Assembly: GCA_964035545.1 (NCBI GenBank)
Contig: OZ037770.1
Coordinates: 9,430,973 to 9,494,972 of the forward strand
DNA: 64,000 bases
Reading direction: 5' to 3'
Origin: Bugula neritina
Lineage: Eukaryota; Animalia; Bryozoa
Made by a program: the position numbers and the translations under genes. This document shows positions 1 through 64,000 of this stretch, in pieces (the stretch's first letter is position 1; every line of letters starts with the position of its first letter). The notes under the pieces were generated by a model. It did not search any database, was not told the DNA's origin, and saw only the letters and a program-made list of their open reading frames with translations.

Positions 1-496
1 ATAAGTGACATATTACACATTTTTTCTACTTAAAATAAAAATTGCTGTAATGGTATTATAGAACTTATACTAAAAACATTATTATTCAAGTTTTTATTAT
101 TTAATTATTCTACTGGCAACAAATATTTTCTTGACAAAATTTTTTTGCTTCAGTAAGTGTTACAGTAAGTACAGAATATAGTAATCTCTGTATTTCAAGA
201 TAACCATGCACTAAGTATACAGTTGAGAGTTATACGTTTGTAACAGCAATAATTGCTACATTTTCATCGCTTTGAATGCTGGTATTGATAATTGTGCATA
301 ACTTAGGTTCGCATCAACTTATAAGTATTGTGGTTTCATTCAATTGATCACCCGTTCCCAAGCATCAACTGAAAAATCCTCTCACATAATTAATACGAAA
401 CAACAGAAACAAAATGAATAAGAGATATTTATATAATACTGACATTGTCATATTAAAATTCAAAATATAATTGCTTTTTTATTTTTAATTTTCTAG

Positions 497-27700
<27,204 letters not shown>

Positions 27701-28682
27701 TTTTATTGCCCCATTGCTAATCTAGACTGAATTGTACTCAATGTGTTGTATGTGATGCAATGTGATGTACTGAATATTTTTGAAGCTAGAGATAAAATTT
27801 AAAAAGCATGCTGCATATATCTCTTTTCTGTATTGAAGAGCCTTTTTAATATGTTCATAAGCCTACTTATTGCTTTTTAGATTCCAAACTTGTCATTTTT
27901 GCACAAAAACCCTATTGGCAACGTACACCCCATAATTGCTTAAGCCACCATTAAATTGCTTAATTATTACGGTAGTGTGTTTTTACAAAACTGAAATTTT
28001 AGAGTTATAAAATATATGCATATTGTAACCTTTTTAACGTCTTTTTGGTAATGTGTTGAAACAATTAGCGCAAATGTGTTATGGTCTATGCATTTATTTT
28101 ATTAAAATGTGTATTTCTTTTTCGGTTTGCACGCTTGATTAAATATGGTACGTAGAGCTGTGTCTGCCATTATAACAAACTAAAGAAAATCATATGTGAT
28201 GACCTATGATTCAGTTGATGGGCTGATCATTTGTAGCTATACTAAACCAATTCTATATAATACTAGAATCATGAAACTGAGAATACTATGTTTCTTGTTG
28301 GATATTACTGAGCATTTATCAAGCAGCATAACTTAGATTGTTTATTAGGTTTGTTATAAAGCTACATGTTAAAACACACATTGAAACAGAGTGTAGTTAA
28401 GACATAGCATTCTAGTCTGATTATATGTTTTGCAATTTCATAGCTTTTCATAGTTTTGTAGCTTATATTACAACTGTTCATGAACCACATCTAAAATATA
28501 TGCCAAGAAAAGACTTCAATGTTTGCCTTTTGAAAGCTTCTATTATAGCTACTCACTATCTTGATGTCTAAATGTTTGTGACTTATTTGTCGTGATGGTT
28601 TGTATAAACTTGCAAGTAATAATAACTTAAGATGTAAAATAAAATATGCTGGTTTAATGCATGGGTTAAGAATACTCTACCG

Positions 28683-28812
28683 TATAATATAATATAATAT
28701 AATATAATATAATATAATATAAAATAATACAATATAATATAATATAATATAATATACTATAATATAATATAATATAATATAATATAACATAATATAATTT
28801 AATATAATATAA
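28683..28812. repeat. (TATAA)n microsatellite between the convergent stop codons
   Basis: Direct reading. Confidence 0.9.
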
Positions 28813-29321
28813 TGTAGCTATAATATGCGGAACAACCTTAAAATATGAACAGCTATCATGTATGACAATTAATAGTTTTGCTTCAATAATGGTAAAAGAT
28901 CGTAATTTGTAACATCATATCAATTGTTAAAACAATACAATAATAAAGACACATATACATGTATAACTTATTAGAATTGATACAGCATGGCAGTAGTTAT
29001 ATAAACAGTAATACAAAGCATGCAACATATTGTCATATATCTCAAAATATGCAACAGAAAGCTGATGTCTCTGGTGAAAATGATCTACAATAACATAAAT
29101 CAGTTGCATTACATACATGATACTGACTCAAGCATAGCCAAATCCACCAGCCTTCCTGATTTCTCTGTTATTGTAAGATACTGATTGTTTTTACTAGAAC
29201 TTACGTTTTTGGTATTGTGAGTACATGAAGTTTGGGAATGCAGAAAACTGACAGGGAAAACATAATTAGATTGTTGAAAATTTGGTTATGCAGTTACATA
29301 TAAAAGATATGATCCGCTCCC

Positions 29322-62334
<33,013 letters not shown>

Positions 62335-62568
62335 CTAAAAAATAGACACCACCCCTATACAGAAGCTTGTATTGTATTACTGAGGAACAAACAATTTTAA
62401 TTTAATGTATTACTGGCTATAACACTATTGGTCTGCTTACTGTAAAGTTACCTATTGCATATTTTTAACCAAATTTGGTCAATATTTTTTAGTTATTATG
62501 AATATTTGAAACTCAATCAAGTTGTTGCGTATTTTAATGTAATATGTTATTGTTTGAACAAAACAATA

Positions 62569-62611
<43 letters not shown>

Positions 62612-62948
62612 ATATATACATACTATATAGCTTTATTCACTAGAATATTTACTAATAACTGTTAGTTGTGTTAGCACTTACTGCTGCATGACTGAGGACT
62701 AAGGGCATTTGCAGATTGCGTTGAAGAGTTTCCTAATAGTTGGTTCAAGTCAAGTGTGTTTGCTATGCAGCTGGCAGAGTTTATATATATATTTCCTTTT
62801 TCTACAGCTATATAATATCATGTGCACAAGGCATGAGAAACAGAATGTAAACTGGTTACAGAGATAGTTCCATAATTTAAAGTACTTTTTCTTGGTTGTA
62901 AAATGGTATGGAACTTGTTTAGAACCAAGTAATCTAAAAGCAAAATAT

Positions 62949-64000
62949 TGTAGTGAGGACGTAATACGCGCGTCCCCCGCATTCCTTCAGCCTATCCAAG
63001 TGCGTCACGTGATAGGCCTTAGTTAGTAGTAGTTTTGCAGTAGAGAGAGCGTGCTAACTAAGCGAAGATCTAATCTCTAATCTGTGTACGTGCTGTATCT
63101 TTTATATAATTAGTAGTAAATAAACTTGGAAGCTTTTACCTAAATACTTTATTGGTGTAGATAAATAGACATAATTACCAGCTAGGAACCCACGCATAGT
63201 AGTTACATAAATTACTACAGTGGTGGCAGCAGTGGGATTTCTAGCTACTGTATGAGAACAATGAGAAGTATTAGAACATCATGGACGAGGGAGTAACTTC
63301 AATAGAAGGAGGTGAGCAGAACATTATTATAGGCCCTCTCGGAGCTGGAGAGGAGGTATATAGGAACATGTTGGAGGTTCCCATATTCACAGGCTGCAAG
63401 GATATTGAACAATTCGTTCAAGAATTCCGTGAAACTGCCGCCATTGCAAGATGGCCGCCAAGAGTAACCCTTACAAAACTGCGGATGGCACTGACGGGAG
63501 AAGCCAAGCCGTACGGGTGGAAGCCTAGCATAAACGGGTTCATTGCTACACTACGGGCTCGTTTTGGCATGCCCGTTGCCGTCGCCAAGTCCAGACTGCG
63601 AGGATTACTCCGCAAGACATGTACACCGCTTTCTGACCACGCCACTCTGGTGCAGAGACTGGCACGGACCGCGTATAGCGATCTGCCAGAAACACACAGA
63701 CGGCACTACACATTCGAAGCCTTTGTACAGTCTCTCAATTCCTTGGACTTCCACCACCAGTTACAAGCCAAGGGAGTGACCACAACTGAGGCTGCAATCC
63801 AAGAGAACAAGGCCTACGCTGGAGCCGAACGACTCTATAAGACGGAGGAGGCCACACCCCAGCCCTCTAGGGAACCAGACCATCCGGTCCGCATAGCTGC
63901 CGCGACCACTAAAACCCTCATAGAGACGGAGATAAGCCGCTTGATGACTAGACTGGGAAAATTGGTGGCGACGATAACATACAACCACTCAAGGAAGAGT
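62949..64000 (+). mobile_element. Gypsy element 5' end (LTR 62949-63219, PBS, gag open to the window edge)
   Basis: TGTAG...TACA LTR; PBS 63221-63238; gag from ATG 63281 (PIFTGCKDIEQFVQEF...RWPPRV...LRARFG). Confidence 0.87.

Overview
AT-rich eukaryotic (probably invertebrate animal) genomic DNA. Most of the window is two paralogous multi-exon genes that converge tail-to-tail. Gene 1 is on +, <497-27700, with 41 exons in the window (about 2,680 aa). Gene 2 is on -, 29322->62334, with 27 exons (about 1,870 aa). Both 5' ends lie outside the window. I rebuilt both by hand from GT-AG sites; every junction phase is consistent and I saw no in-frame stops in the exons I translated. Both encode type-I membrane proteins built from EGFR/ErbB-type ectodomain parts but with no tyrosine kinase. 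The order is: furin-like Cys-rich segment and two putative galactose-binding/F-type-lectin-like domains (gene 1 shows only the second lectin-like domain in the window), then a six-exon module of about 369 aa (end of CR1, receptor L domain, CR2, unknown segment) repeated 6 times in gene 1 and 3 times in gene 2, then a stalk, one TM helix and a Lys-rich low-complexity tail. The repeat exons are homogenised within and between the genes. Gene 2 introns carry three Ty3/Gypsy elements with a tRNA-Leu-type PBS, a very recent pol-less LTR element (identical 213-bp LTRs, CACAG TSD) and a CR1-like LINE. SINEs, MITEs and microsatellites are scattered through the window.
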